From positions 800,001 through 864,000 of the forward strand of contig CBDCWC010000003.1 of assembly GCA_965223295.1 (NCBI GenBank): a stretch of 64,000 bases of DNA, read 5' to 3'. Made by a program: the position numbers and the translations under genes. Positions 30,139 through 39,830 of this stretch are shown piece by piece (within the stretch, counting starts at the first letter, position 1; the number at the start of each line of letters is the position of its first letter). This DNA comes from Nitrospirales bacterium. GTDB taxonomy: Bacteria; Nitrospirota; Nitrospiria; Nitrospirales; UBA8639. The notes under the pieces are model-generated. The model searched no databases and was not told the DNA's origin. It saw only the letters and a list, made by a program, of their open reading frames with translations.

Positions 30139-30390
30139 ATGGCCATGAAAAGTTCGGTAACGAAAATAGGCAACTCGAAAGGCGTCATTATTCCTTCACA
30201 CCTTTTGAAACAATGCGGGTTTACTAAGGAAGTTTCTCTGGAAATCAAAAATGATACTCTCGTCATTTCCAAAGCGAAAAAACCCAGAGAAGGATGGGCT
30301 GAAGCATTTATTGAAGCTGGAGCCAACCAAGAAAAACTCCTCATCCATGATATGAGTAATGATTTTGATCAGGACGAATGGATATGGTGA
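30139..30390 (+). CDS. mazE: AbrB/MazE antitoxin
   Basis: KIGNSKGVIIP, PREGWAEAF, FDQDEW; TTGCCC-17-TATAAC promoter overlapped by the palindrome tgttataaca. Confidence 0.88.
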   Translation: MAMKSSVTKIGNSKGVIIPSHLLKQCGFTKEVSLEIKNDTLVISKAKKPREGWAEAFIEAGANQEKLLIHDMSNDFDQDEWIW

Positions 30391-30701
30391 GGCAGTTCGA
30401 AGTCTATCTGGTTTCTTTAGATCCCACACAAAATTCGGAAATCAAAAAAACAAGACCGGCCTTGGTGATTTCGCCCAATGAAATGAATCACACGTTACAA
30501 ACGGTTCTGGTTGCACCAATGACAACGACCCTGTGCAACTTTCCATCAAGAGTGAGAACAACCTTTCAGGGTAAGAAAGGTGATGTCGCCTTAGATCAGA
30601 TGAGGGCCATTGATCGGTCACGTCTAGTCAAAAAACTTGGGAGCATTCATCCTACGGCGGCAGAAAAAACTCTAGCTGTCTTACAGGAAATGTTTTCTTA
30701 A
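30378..30701 (+). CDS. mazF: MazF/PemK toxin
   Basis: YLVSLDPT..SEIKKTRPALVISP, APMTT, DQMRAID..RL. Confidence 0.9.
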   Translation: MDMVRQFEVYLVSLDPTQNSEIKKTRPALVISPNEMNHTLQTVLVAPMTTTLCNFPSRVRTTFQGKKGDVALDQMRAIDRSRLVKKLGSIHPTAAEKTLAVLQEMFS

Positions 30702-30992
30702 TACAGAAGCGGTAGTAAGGATAGCAAAGAGTCCACAAAATTCCATTGGTTCTTACAACTCGACCTTGCCTATTGTCAGGCACACAGTCGCTTCTACATC
30801 ATCGCCCCGCGCACACTCATCGTCGCCATCTCTGCAGTTCCCCATTAAGATCGTCTTCGGGCTGTCAATGGGCATTCAACCTTTCCTATTTCTCTGCCAG
30901 GCAGACTACGTGGAGACGGATTCTCTCTTATCTTGTACATCCAAGATATAGTCAGCATAATGGTTAGAAATTCAACTATTGGAGGATTTCAT

Positions 30993-31271
30993 ATGGCCAA
31001 CGTTGATCAGTACCTTTCCGTCACGCAAGCCAAGGCACAACTTCTTGATCTCGTGCGCCAGTTACCCAAACGTCAGGAGACCGTAGCCATTACACGTGAT
31101 GGCGTCCCCTCTGCTGTGCTTCTCAGCATGGAACATTTTGAGGGCTTAATGGAAACCCTGGAAATCTTGAGTGATCAGAAAACTATGCGAAGACTTCGAC
31201 GCTCCATGAAGGAAGCTCAAGCGCATCAGTGGATGACTGAGACATCGGCTTTCGGTTATGGAAAATCGTGA
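30993..31271 (+). CDS. Phd/YefM antitoxin
   Basis: SVTQAKAQL..LV, ITRDG.P.AVLLS, LMETLEILSD; GGAGG RBS; TTGTAC-17-CATAAT promoter. Confidence 0.88.
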   Translation: MANVDQYLSVTQAKAQLLDLVRQLPKRQETVAITRDGVPSAVLLSMEHFEGLMETLEILSDQKTMRRLRRSMKEAQAHQWMTETSAFGYGKS

Positions 31272-31564
31272 AGCCGTACCGCGTCCGTTACACACCGGAA
31301 GCAGCCCGGTATATTCGGACTTTCCATCCCCAAGTCAAACAAGATATTCGAGAGGCTATCAAAATTCTGCGAGAAACTCCCCTGCAGGGCCATCTCCTCC
31401 ACCATGAACTCTCTGGCTATCGATCTTACCGAGTGCGGAGTTATCAAATCATTTATCAGTTGAATGAAAAAGACCGGACCGTAGATGTGATCTTTGTGGG
31501 CCCCCGTCGGAATGTCTATGAAGAAATCTTAGCCTTGATCCGCAACCCCTCGTCTAGAAACTAA
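31268..31564 (+). CDS. relE: RelE/ParE family toxin
   Basis: YRVRYTPEA, P..G..L..ELSGYRSYRV..Y.IIY, VGPRRNVYE. Confidence 0.85.
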   Translation: MKPYRVRYTPEAARYIRTFHPQVKQDIREAIKILRETPLQGHLLHHELSGYRSYRVRSYQIIYQLNEKDRTVDVIFVGPRRNVYEEILALIRNPSSRN

Positions 31565-31596
31565 TGTGGTAGCTTCGTAATAGGGAGATGAATCCC

Positions 31597-31784
31597 GGAT
31601 CTGTTGAAGAAACCCGACAGCGGTGTTCTCGCCATTTTTCCGTGCTCACGTCGTGCCAGTACGATCCGCGAGCAAAAATGGCTGCGGCCTTGCTGGACGA
31701 CATTTTTCAACGACCCTATGGAACTGATAGTGAACAGCTTCCTGGCGAAATATGGCCCTTGATATCTTCATGATTCAACGCTCC
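31597..31784. mobile_element. Two-module MITE-like repeat
   Basis: ggatctgttgaa...gttctcgccatttttccgtgctcacg...cttcctggcgaaatatggcc...ttcaacgctcc. Confidence 0.7.
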
Positions 31785-32055
31785 TAATCCTCGAAAACAT
31801 CAGTCCGGAATGACACAGCTTGTTTCGTAAAGAGATTCAAGTGGAACGGCTACTTTGTGTCGCACCTCCCTCGCCCTTCTAGATCTTCATTCCGAAAAGG
31901 AACAGGGGATTGGGATAATCGTAAGGGCTCATCAGAAATTTCGCAGACGGTGTCACATAGACTTTCCCTACCATCAAAGAGACCACGTTCGAAATGAACT
32001 GAAAGGGAAAAAAGAATGACCGGATCGGGATACGAGGAAAAGATTAACTCAATAA

Positions 32056-34536
32056 TTATGGGCAAGCCGTCGTAGGCTCACCTGCATGTCCCAGCAGCAG
32101 GGGAGCAATGGATGCCGTGAGTGCTATTGAGCTTTGGAGACCGGCGGAAGCATTGGCCTCGGACGAAAGACTTAGCAAAGGACTGGCTAAGAAAACACTA
32201 GGTCTCGGGGAAAGGCTATCGGCCTTCGAATCCACAAATGTACTGAAATGCCCACCCTGTCCAGCCGCGCAACGCGCACTATAGAGCGCATTCACCGGAA
32301 CAGCTTCCTCTGGCAGTGGAGCTATGGTGCCGCTCAAATTTTGAATAGGGGCTTGAATGTCAACAATGCCATCGCCGCCAAAACGAGAGGTCGCGTCAAT
32401 GGTGCTAAGGGAGTCAAAAAGAATGGCTGAACTTGCCACAAAGGTGACATCCCCACCGTCTCCGACATCGGCACTCGTGTCAACCCGACTATTTTGAGCC
32501 ACGATAAATTCCGGATCTATGTTAATACTTCCTGCCTCCCCCGAGCCCTCCTGAACACGGCTAGTAACCTGAGTATCTGTCAATTGAATAAGCCTTCCAG
32601 CATCGAGTTTAATATTTCCACCCACTGCATTATCAGCTTGTGTCGTCACAGTACTGTCGTCTATGAAAATAGTGCCATTGGCTTTGAGGTCTATGTTTCC
32701 GGCATTTCCTGCATCGCTTGCAACCGAAATACTTTCCGCCGTAACAGAGGTTCCATTAGTGAAAGTAAGATTTCCAGCCGAGGCAATGATATTTCCCCCA
32801 ACTCCGGATCCTGTAGTACGAGTTACTAAAATTCCTTTATCGACCACCAGACGATCGTCTGCCACGATATTAATATCCCCTCCTGGTCCCCCTTCAGTGC
32901 TTGAGGCACCGATACTCGTCTGTCCAGTTGGAAATACCGGATTCGGTACCCCAGTTAGGAATATATCCTTTGCAAAAATGGAAATGTTACCTGCGGCTCC
33001 ACCCCTAAACGTAAAATTATCAATTGAGGCAGTTTCGCGAAGGTCAAAAGTGCCTCGAAGAATAACCGTGATATTCCCTGCATTCCCTTCTCCTATAGCC
33101 GTGACAGCTTGGAGGTTTGCTGGGCCCCTCATCGTAAAATTATTGGCCTGAATTAGGATATCACCAGCATTTCCACTTCCAAAAAGGGCATTGGCTCCGA
33201 TGAACCCACCCCCTTGAGTACGTCCAATAACTGAAATATCGTTCTCGATCATCACATTGATGTTCCCTGCCTGTCCTGTTGCTCGATCAGTAACTGTAGT
33301 CAGCAGACCTCCAAGCATTTGCAAATTATTGGCTTGTAACTGGATATTCCCAGAATTTCCGTCGCCTAAAGTCAGGCTGGAAATTCCAAATATATCACTT
33401 CCTGGTCCAGATCTATCCATGTTAAACAAAACATCATCAGCATGTACTTCTAGGTTGCCGGCATTACCAACTGCGAAAGTTGCGGTACGAAGAACACTGT
33501 TACGAATCTCCAAATTTCCACCAGCCATTACTCTGATATATCTCCCATTTCTTGAACCATTGACATCCGCCGATACCTTTGACTCATTATCTAAAACAAC
33601 ATTCTTAGAAACTTCAATGTCAATACCGTTCTCGGAAAACTCCGCCATGACAGCACTAGAAGATCCAGCGGCATTGGCGGAGATTTGAGAACCCTCCACC
33701 ATGAGGCTACCGCCCCGAACCACAATGGTTCCCCCTGACTCACCGTCAACATTGAGCGAAGCACCACTAGTTAATTCGATCTGTCCGAGTTGTGATGCAT
33801 TTACCTGAATGTTGGTCCCCCCATCCACTAAAACTTCCCCAAGAGAAGTTAGACTCACAAGATTAATGTGTCCGTCAGGACTTTTCAGGCTTCCTCCAGA
33901 AAATTCGATATCCCCACCTACTAGCGATAAGACTTCTCCTTCTCCAACGGACAACATGCTGCGATCGACCATTAGAGAGCCCGAGTTAGACTCTAGAAAT
34001 CCAAAGGCTGCAATAGACGCAACGCTTAACAAGGAATCCTGCGCACTCGGGAGGGCGGCGAACTGAACCCCGTCACTAAGCTGTAAATAATCGGCCGTGG
34101 TGAAATGGGTGGCACCAGCCACATTCAATGTGGAATCCTGCCCAAACATCATCCCGGCCGGATTCATGAGGAACAGGTTGGCCTTCCCAAATCCTTCAGT
34201 TTGAATCGTCCCAAGAATGTTAGAGGGATTACCCCCAGTCACGCGGCTGAGAATATTTGACGTTGGCAAACCAGAATCATTCAAGAAGTTGGCGGTATCC
34301 TCCGTTGGAACGTTAAATTCCCCAAAACTATGGAACAGGTTGGAGCCACCTCCAGGCCTAGTCCCACCAGTGATATTATGCATGTTGCCATTTTGGTTCA
34401 CCTGGGTGCCCATAGACCCATCAGGTACGATGACCATCTGAGCCCTGCCGATAGAAAAGAAAGACCAATATAAGGTTAAGAATAAAATTATCACCCTGCA
34501 AAATGTGAGAATATACTTCCCCATGATGGGTCTCAC
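32056..34536 (-). CDS. TpsA: filamentous-haemagglutinin N-terminal domain protein
   Basis: Signal peptide; NLFHSF.EFNV, NILSRVTGG.PS.I.G.I, NLFLMNPAG; G.AGNI.I beta-helix repeats. Confidence 0.9.
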   Translation of the reverse strand: MRPIMGKYILTFCRVIILFLTLYWSFFSIGRAQMVIVPDGSMGTQVNQNGNMHNITGGTRPGGGSNLFHSFGEFNVPTEDTANFLNDSGLPTSNILSRVTGGNPSNILGTIQTEGFGKANLFLMNPAGMMFGQDSTLNVAGATHFTTADYLQLSDGVQFAALPSAQDSLLSVASIAAFGFLESNSGSLMVDRSMLSVGEGEVLSLVGGDIEFSGGSLKSPDGHINLVSLTSLGEVLVDGGTNIQVNASQLGQIELTSGASLNVDGESGGTIVVRGGSLMVEGSQISANAAGSSSAVMAEFSENGIDIEVSKNVVLDNESKVSADVNGSRNGRYIRVMAGGNLEIRNSVLRTATFAVGNAGNLEVHADDVLFNMDRSGPGSDIFGISSLTLGDGNSGNIQLQANNLQMLGGLLTTVTDRATGQAGNINVMIENDISVIGRTQGGGFIGANALFGSGNAGDILIQANNFTMRGPANLQAVTAIGEGNAGNITVILRGTFDLRETASIDNFTFRGGAAGNISIFAKDIFLTGVPNPVFPTGQTSIGASSTEGGPGGDINIVADDRLVVDKGILVTRTTGSGVGGNIIASAGNLTFTNGTSVTAESISVASDAGNAGNIDLKANGTIFIDDSTVTTQADNAVGGNIKLDAGRLIQLTDTQVTSRVQEGSGEAGSINIDPEFIVAQNSRVDTSADVGDGGDVTFVASSAILFDSLSTIDATSRFGGDGIVDIQAPIQNLSGTIAPLPEEAVPVNALYSARCAAGQGGHFSTFVDSKADSLSPRPSVFLASPLLSLSSEANASAGLQSSIALTASIAPLLLGHAGEPTTACP

Positions 34537-34646
34537 TTTTCTGAATTTATATTCAACCCTGAGGACAAATAATTACAAATACTGACTTTGCTCAGATCTG
34601 AACTCATTTTTAGTTTACAAACCATTGGTAGGTCAGCTGTGGTTAC

Positions 34647-35006
34647 CTATTTTGCCAAAGACCATACGGTGCCCTCTTTCTTAATTTTTACCGAATCACC
34701 TATCTTAACACCTTCATAAGGCGGAGTAGGATTTACTAGTCGAATGAAGTTCCCCTCACCATCCTCCAAAGTGTATACAACTTGGGCCTTTTCAACATGG
34801 AGGATTTTAGCTTCATGGCCGTTACTACTTCTAAACTTCCCTCCCCCTCCACACGTGGGACAAAAACATGGATAAGGGCAGGCACCACCATCTTGTTGCG
34901 GTGCCGAAAAACCATCACTTACTGTAACTTCCACGAAGGGCGTTGTACAGCCGGCAAAAAAGAAAGAGAAAACCAATAATGCCATTTTTGTTTGAAAATT
35001 TCTCAT
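34647..35006 (-). CDS. Small lipoprotein with a Cys cluster
   Basis: RBS before ATG 35006; lipobox FAGC; CPYPCFCPTC. Confidence 0.6.
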   Translation of the reverse strand: MRNFQTKMALLVFSFFFAGCTTPFVEVTVSDGFSAPQQDGGACPYPCFCPTCGGGGKFRSSNGHEAKILHVEKAQVVYTLEDGEGNFIRLVNPTPPYEGVKIGDSVKIKKEGTVWSLAK

Positions 35007-35186
35007 AAAGTCCCCCTTTTCAATATTTAAATTAGGCATTTTTTAAAAACGTGAATAGGCATTTGACATATGATATTAAAGCATCTACACGCAAACTCTT
35101 TCGTAGGTTTTCACTCCATCCTGTTTTGTTTTAAAACTAATTAGTTTTTATCGTACATCATTGACAAACAGCACTTTCTGGCTTAT

Positions 35187-36083
35187 TCAGCCACAAAGGC
35201 CATATATCCCAGCAGATTTTTCATAGAGTTTAATAAGTTCTTTGACAAAAGCTTGTCGGGAAGTACCTTCAGCAGAACCTTTCTTTAAGTTTTCTAACAC
35301 CTCTTTAGCTTCACAACTGCCGCTTTTGGCCAAGCTGATTAATCCCCATCGAATTTCATCCCTTTCACTTTGCTTCTTAACATCCCATTCTTTTCGCTTC
35401 TGATCTTCCTGTAGTAATCTACACTGGTCCGTTGTATTCTTCTGCTTACTATGGCCTTGTGGAAGCAAAGATTCTGGTAGACACCTAATAATTTCGCGAG
35501 AAATACTTAACGTTGATGGTGGGGCTGGAGCAAGGGGATATGTCTGTCCTTGAGGGTCAGACCGACTTTGAGATTTTATGCTCGTCACACGTTCTTGCTT
35601 CCGTGTGTTTTCCAAATATCCTAGTGCTAAAAATCCAGCTTTCCTCGCTGACGGGTTAGAGTTGGTATTTTCTTTTAAAAAACTTATGATTAAACCCTTT
35701 GCATTTTCAAGCCCCAGCACACCCAGAGTAAGAACCGCCCGTGAACAAAAAGTATGCCTAGCCTTGGTTATTCTTCTTGCGGCTATGCCTGATTTTCCAC
35801 AATCGGATTGAAACTGTTTTATAAGTTCCCCTACGGTTGCCTTGTCTTTAAATTTTTCCCTTATTTCAGATACAGGCGGATTTCCTCGAAACCCGTTCAA
35901 GTATTTTTCTTGAGAGAAGAATTTTTCAACAATTTTTTGAGGAGAACCATGGCTAGAGTTAGACCGTGTATATGTCTGACTCTCTTTTGGCAGAACCTTA
36001 CTTACAGTCATCCCTAAGATCAAAATTATTATAAAAATTACCAACCTTGATTTTCGTCTATTCATAACTGTTCTACCATCCAA
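35187..36083 (-). CDS. Exported hypothetical protein with HEAT-like helices
   Basis: N-terminal TM/signal; RAVLTLGVLG, RKAGFLALGYL, LISLAKSG..EA.EVL..L. Confidence 0.6.
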   Translation of the reverse strand: MDGRTVMNRRKSRLVIFIIILILGMTVSKVLPKESQTYTRSNSSHGSPQKIVEKFFSQEKYLNGFRGNPPVSEIREKFKDKATVGELIKQFQSDCGKSGIAARRITKARHTFCSRAVLTLGVLGLENAKGLIISFLKENTNSNPSARKAGFLALGYLENTRKQERVTSIKSQSRSDPQGQTYPLAPAPPSTLSISREIIRCLPESLLPQGHSKQKNTTDQCRLLQEDQKRKEWDVKKQSERDEIRWGLISLAKSGSCEAKEVLENLKKGSAEGTSRQAFVKELIKLYEKSAGIYGLCG

Positions 36084-36118
36084 TTAAAAAGTTCTTAATT
36101 TTTCAAATTGCGTCTTTT

Positions 36119-36940
36119 CTATGGACGGCCTCCACGCAATTTGAAACACTCTGGGCCATTTAGTTTTGTTTGTTCCTCCCACACGTAATCTGTCATGACG
36201 GCACTGGGATCCCTATTCAGTGCATTTGGTGTATGGTGCAAACCTTTGGTGTGTCCGAATTCATGAAGCCAGAGAATGCCTTGTAGCTGAGTATCTCTTG
36301 CGTAAGGGTCATTTTTGTCTTCTTCGAGGTTCCTCCTGATAGCAATAGCCTGACCCAACCATGGAAATTGGGCACACGCGACCCAAGTACCTAGGCTATT
36401 TTCACAGAAGTTTATATGTCTAACTAACTTAATCCCATCGTTTGTAGGATTAAGTCCCCATACAGCCTCTAAATCGTTCTGTGAACAAATAACTCCGTCT
36501 GCCAGACAATTGAGTGGATCATCTGAAGCATTTCCACGACTGGATTCTGAAAAACTGAAGGTGGGAGGCCAAGCGTCTCTCGCGTTGGTACTAGGAGCAT
36601 TCCCCAGTTTAAATTCGATTTTACATCCGAAATCCTTGTACATGTCGGTAAATTTTTTGGCACACTGTGAATCAACATTACCTTCACCACATTTGGCTAC
36701 CAATGAAGCGTAGTCTAAAATTTCCGTCGCCTCCTTACTATCAATTTTGGTGTCTTTATCTTTAAACCGACTAAGACTGATTTCCTCCTTAATCAAAGAT
36801 TGTTCCGAATAGGGAAGTGCCTTTGGCGTCACTTCCCCTTTCGGAGATGTCTGAACGTTTACCTTCACACAGCCAACCATACCGATCATGGCTAAAGATA
36901 AAGAAAATAGTATTAAGCCAACCCAGTGATTAGGTTTCAT
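36119..36940 (-). CDS. Lipoprotein zinc metallopeptidase (metzincin-like)
   Basis: Lipobox MVGC; HEFGHTKGLHH = HExxHxxGxxH; downstream AVM Met-turn. Confidence 0.75.
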   Translation of the reverse strand: MKPNHWVGLILFSLSLAMIGMVGCVKVNVQTSPKGEVTPKALPYSEQSLIKEEISLSRFKDKDTKIDSKEATEILDYASLVAKCGEGNVDSQCAKKFTDMYKDFGCKIEFKLGNAPSTNARDAWPPTFSFSESSRGNASDDPLNCLADGVICSQNDLEAVWGLNPTNDGIKLVRHINFCENSLGTWVACAQFPWLGQAIAIRRNLEEDKNDPYARDTQLQGILWLHEFGHTKGLHHTPNALNRDPSAVMTDYVWEEQTKLNGPECFKLRGGRP

Positions 36941-37101
36941 TAAACTCCCTCTTTTCTTTCTCCTACCACAACAATGAAGTAAATCATTACATAGGACTAA
37001 AACCGACTTAATAGGCCATTATCTAGCCACACCGGTTATATGTAGTAATTCAATCTTGTGTTTTTAGCATTATACTTAGCATTTAATCTTGAGACCTGCC
37101 G

Positions 37102-37293
37102 TCAATCGGAACCAGCCGCATGAGGTATTGTTATGCGACAAGGAATGAACGGTATCAATGAGCCTTGGCATTCCTTTATCACAGGATTACTGTTTCCACG
37201 AGTTAATTGCACCCGTGCCTTGACACAACCAGTTGCACTAAGGCTGATCACGAGTAGAAGAAATAATAAGAGATAGGTGGTGTTGAACTTCAT
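37102..37293 (-). CDS. 63-aa lipoprotein
   Basis: Signal peptide ending SATGC; two further Cys. Confidence 0.55.
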   Translation of the reverse strand: MKFNTTYLLLFLLLVISLSATGCVKARVQLTRGNSNPVIKECQGSLIPFIPCRITIPHAAGSD

Positions 37294-37640
37294 AGTGTTT
37301 CCGTTCGATTCTTTTTCTCTACAAGTGGATCATGACTCCTAGTAATAGCCAGACCATTTAGCCTGAAAGTCGGTTCCCATCAGGGATGTTCCATTTTTTC
37401 AAGGCGACCTCTAACCCTAACAAACTGGAGAAAGAGAAATGGGGGATAAACTATGATTCCGTGATGAGCAATACCAGGAATGTAAAAATAACTGATTATT
37501 AGTATTGCTGTGCTTGAACAACTTCTGTTCCCTTTTTTCTCTCACACCCTTTTTCTTTCTCTTCTTTTATAATCCGCCCTCCTTCCCAGGTTATCTTATT
37601 TGGCGGATTATTACTCCACCCATCTAACAATTGCAATTAG

Positions 37641-37656
37641 AGCAATTGTAATGCCG
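37641..37656 (-). promoter_or_regulatory. sigma54 promoter heading the lipoprotein/TpsA run
   Basis: Minus strand CGGCATtacaaTTGCT, GG-N10-GC. Confidence 0.6.
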
Positions 37657-37752
37657 TCTTAAAGAAACCCTCACTACTTGGCCATAGCCTTTATTCAAAG
37701 GGCTCTGTTGGGCCTGAGAGTTATTGTGGGTGTGATGGGGATACTCTCAATT

Positions 37753-37791
37753 TGTATCTCATTAGATACGTTTTGTATCGAATTGGATACG
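37753..37791. promoter_or_regulatory. Tandem palindromes, candidate enhancer (UAS)
   Basis: tGTATCtcattaGATACg and tGTATCgaattgGATACg, 21-bp period, ~100-135 bp upstream of the sigma54 motif. Confidence 0.6.
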
Positions 37792-38096
37792 AAAGATGAA
37801 AATTTTTCTGATTTGTGCCTACAAGCGCTTAAAACTGAAGAAAGATCTGAAGAACGAATTTAGAGGGTCACTCGTATGGATCTCCGCTAACTACCTACGG
37901 AGCTGACAAGAGTAGTTCAGGAAAATGACGAGAGGAGGAATTGCAAGAGCAGTGGCTCCGTTTGGAAATTATTGGAAAAGGTTTCTCTCTCATCACAACT
38001 ATTCGGCCCTTTATAGAACGAGCCTTCGAAGGGACGGTGGAGTGTTGCAATGTTCGAGTTAAACGTTTTACGGTCATTTCAACTATGCAGGAAGGC

Positions 38097-38123
38097 TTGG
38101 AGTCCCGTTTTCACGGGAATGAT
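38097..38123. repeat. REP-like hairpin (GTCATTCCCG-type)
   Basis: ttggagtcccgttttcacgggaatgat, nearly identical to 11828-11854. Confidence 0.6.
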
Positions 38124-38128
38124 ATCTA

Positions 38129-39697
38129 CTAGAGGGATTCGTAAACTTCGTCGCGCAATTCTTTGACGTGGATATGATAGCGATTGATTTTTTTAATGAG
38201 GCCCTGGCGGCTGATGCCCAGTTGCTCGGCTGTCCGGACTTGATTGAATTGGCAGGCCATCAAGGTATCTTTGATGATTTGCTCCTCCAGCTCACCTAAA
38301 ATCTCCGGTAGGCTTTTTCGTTCCTGACCCTCACTCGCTGCAGGGCCCTTCGCCAAACGTTTTTTGATAGCCGGATCAAGAGCCTCTTCGCTGATGCTGG
38401 CCGCCCGTACCATGACTGCTAAGCGCTTCATTTCATTACTAAGCTGGCGCATATTACCAGGCCAATCATACTCCGCAAGACGGCGCATCGCTTCAGACGT
38501 CAGTTTTTTGGGAGGTTTGCCCATGTCCTTACAATGTTGATCCAGAAAAAAGTTGGCCAGCAGAGGAATATCAGTCGGAATCTCTCGTAAGGCTGGTGTC
38601 TGAATATGGACGACTTTTAGTCGAAAGTAGAGATCTTCGCGAAAGGTTCCCTGTTTGATGGCTGCTTCTAGATTCGCATTGGTTGCCGCAACCACACGAA
38701 TGCTAATAGGAATGGGCCTTCGTTCCCCTACCGGCTCGACCACCCGTTCTTGCAACACCCGCAACACCTTGGCTTGTGCTTTGAGGCCTAAGTCTCCGAT
38801 TTCATCCAGAAACAAGGTGCCTTTGTGCGCTTGCTCAAATTTCCCTATTCGCGCTTCCACTCCTGTAGCGGTGCCTCGGCCAATCCCAAACAATTCACTT
38901 TCGATAAGATTTTCTGGCAAGGCTGCACAGTTAATAGCCACGAACGGGTTACGGGCTCTCGGACTCGAATAATGTATGGCCTTGGCCACCAATTCCTTGC
39001 CGGTTCCATTTTCTCCGGTAATCAGGACATCGACCGAACTATCATGGATTTGATCGATCACGCGGACGACCCGCTGGATGGGGAGGCTGTTCCCCATGAG
39101 GTTTTGTGTGGAGAACCGCCCTTCGACTTCTTTCCACAACTGGGCATTTTCCTTTTCTAATTGTGCTCGCTCCTGTTCCAGTTGCTTCATTTGCTGCCGT
39201 TTCTGCAAAGGCATGGCGATTTCATCTACAAAGGCTTGGGCATTACGTTCATCCTTGGGCGAAAAGGTGCGGCCCTTTTTATTGACGGCCTCGAACACAC
39301 CAAAGATTTCTCCTGTAGGCAATTGTAGAGGAAGCGCCAACAATGTCCGAGTGCGCCGTTTGGTGTGCAAATCAATCCCTGAGAAAAACCGGTCATCTGA
39401 TTGTACATCATGGATGTTGAGAGTTTTTCCAGATGAGACGCAATGCCCCGCAATACCTAATCGAGCGTCCAGTCGCAACACCTTCCCATCCTCCTGTAGA
39501 GGAAACCATAACTCTTGTCGGGCCTGATCTAAGAGAAAAACGCTGGCCATTTCGGCGTCTAACCGCCGACACGCTTCGTCCCGTATGAGCTTGAAAAAGA
39601 CTCGACAGCTGGGTTCTTCGTTGAGACGCATGATAAATGGGCTGATAGAGGGTCTGGATTCTGATGAACGCTCTACTGTTTGAGATCTAGTGGGCAT
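38129..39697 (-). CDS. GAF-domain sigma54-dependent activator (bEBP)
   Basis: GAF; GENGTGKE, ESELFG..RGTATG (GAFTGA variant), LFLDEIG, FREDLYFRL, WPGN.R, Fis-type HTH. Confidence 0.92.
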   Translation of the reverse strand: MPTRSQTVERSSESRPSISPFIMRLNEEPSCRVFFKLIRDEACRRLDAEMASVFLLDQARQELWFPLQEDGKVLRLDARLGIAGHCVSSGKTLNIHDVQSDDRFFSGIDLHTKRRTRTLLALPLQLPTGEIFGVFEAVNKKGRTFSPKDERNAQAFVDEIAMPLQKRQQMKQLEQERAQLEKENAQLWKEVEGRFSTQNLMGNSLPIQRVVRVIDQIHDSSVDVLITGENGTGKELVAKAIHYSSPRARNPFVAINCAALPENLIESELFGIGRGTATGVEARIGKFEQAHKGTLFLDEIGDLGLKAQAKVLRVLQERVVEPVGERRPIPISIRVVAATNANLEAAIKQGTFREDLYFRLKVVHIQTPALREIPTDIPLLANFFLDQHCKDMGKPPKKLTSEAMRRLAEYDWPGNMRQLSNEMKRLAVMVRAASISEEALDPAIKKRLAKGPAASEGQERKSLPEILGELEEQIIKDTLMACQFNQVRTAEQLGISRQGLIKKINRYHIHVKELRDEVYESL

Positions 39698-39830
39698 AGG
39701 ACTTTGTCATCTCTTTGTTATGACGAACCATGTATTGCTTAGAACTGAAAATTTGCCTTTTAGCATCTACTAGATTTTTTCAATGATGACGTCAACGACA
39801 TGACCAGTAGTCAGTTACTCAAATTATAGA

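Noticed and set aside
31850-32065. 71-aa ORF after tpsA as an immunity gene
   Set aside because: TpsA has no toxin domain, and the ORF has no clear RBS or recognisable features
32663-34441. Long antisense ORFs opposite tpsA (similar ones lie opposite por, iscS, hslU and pqiB)
   Set aside because: Shadow frames caused by codon bias of the real genes; no motifs or RBS
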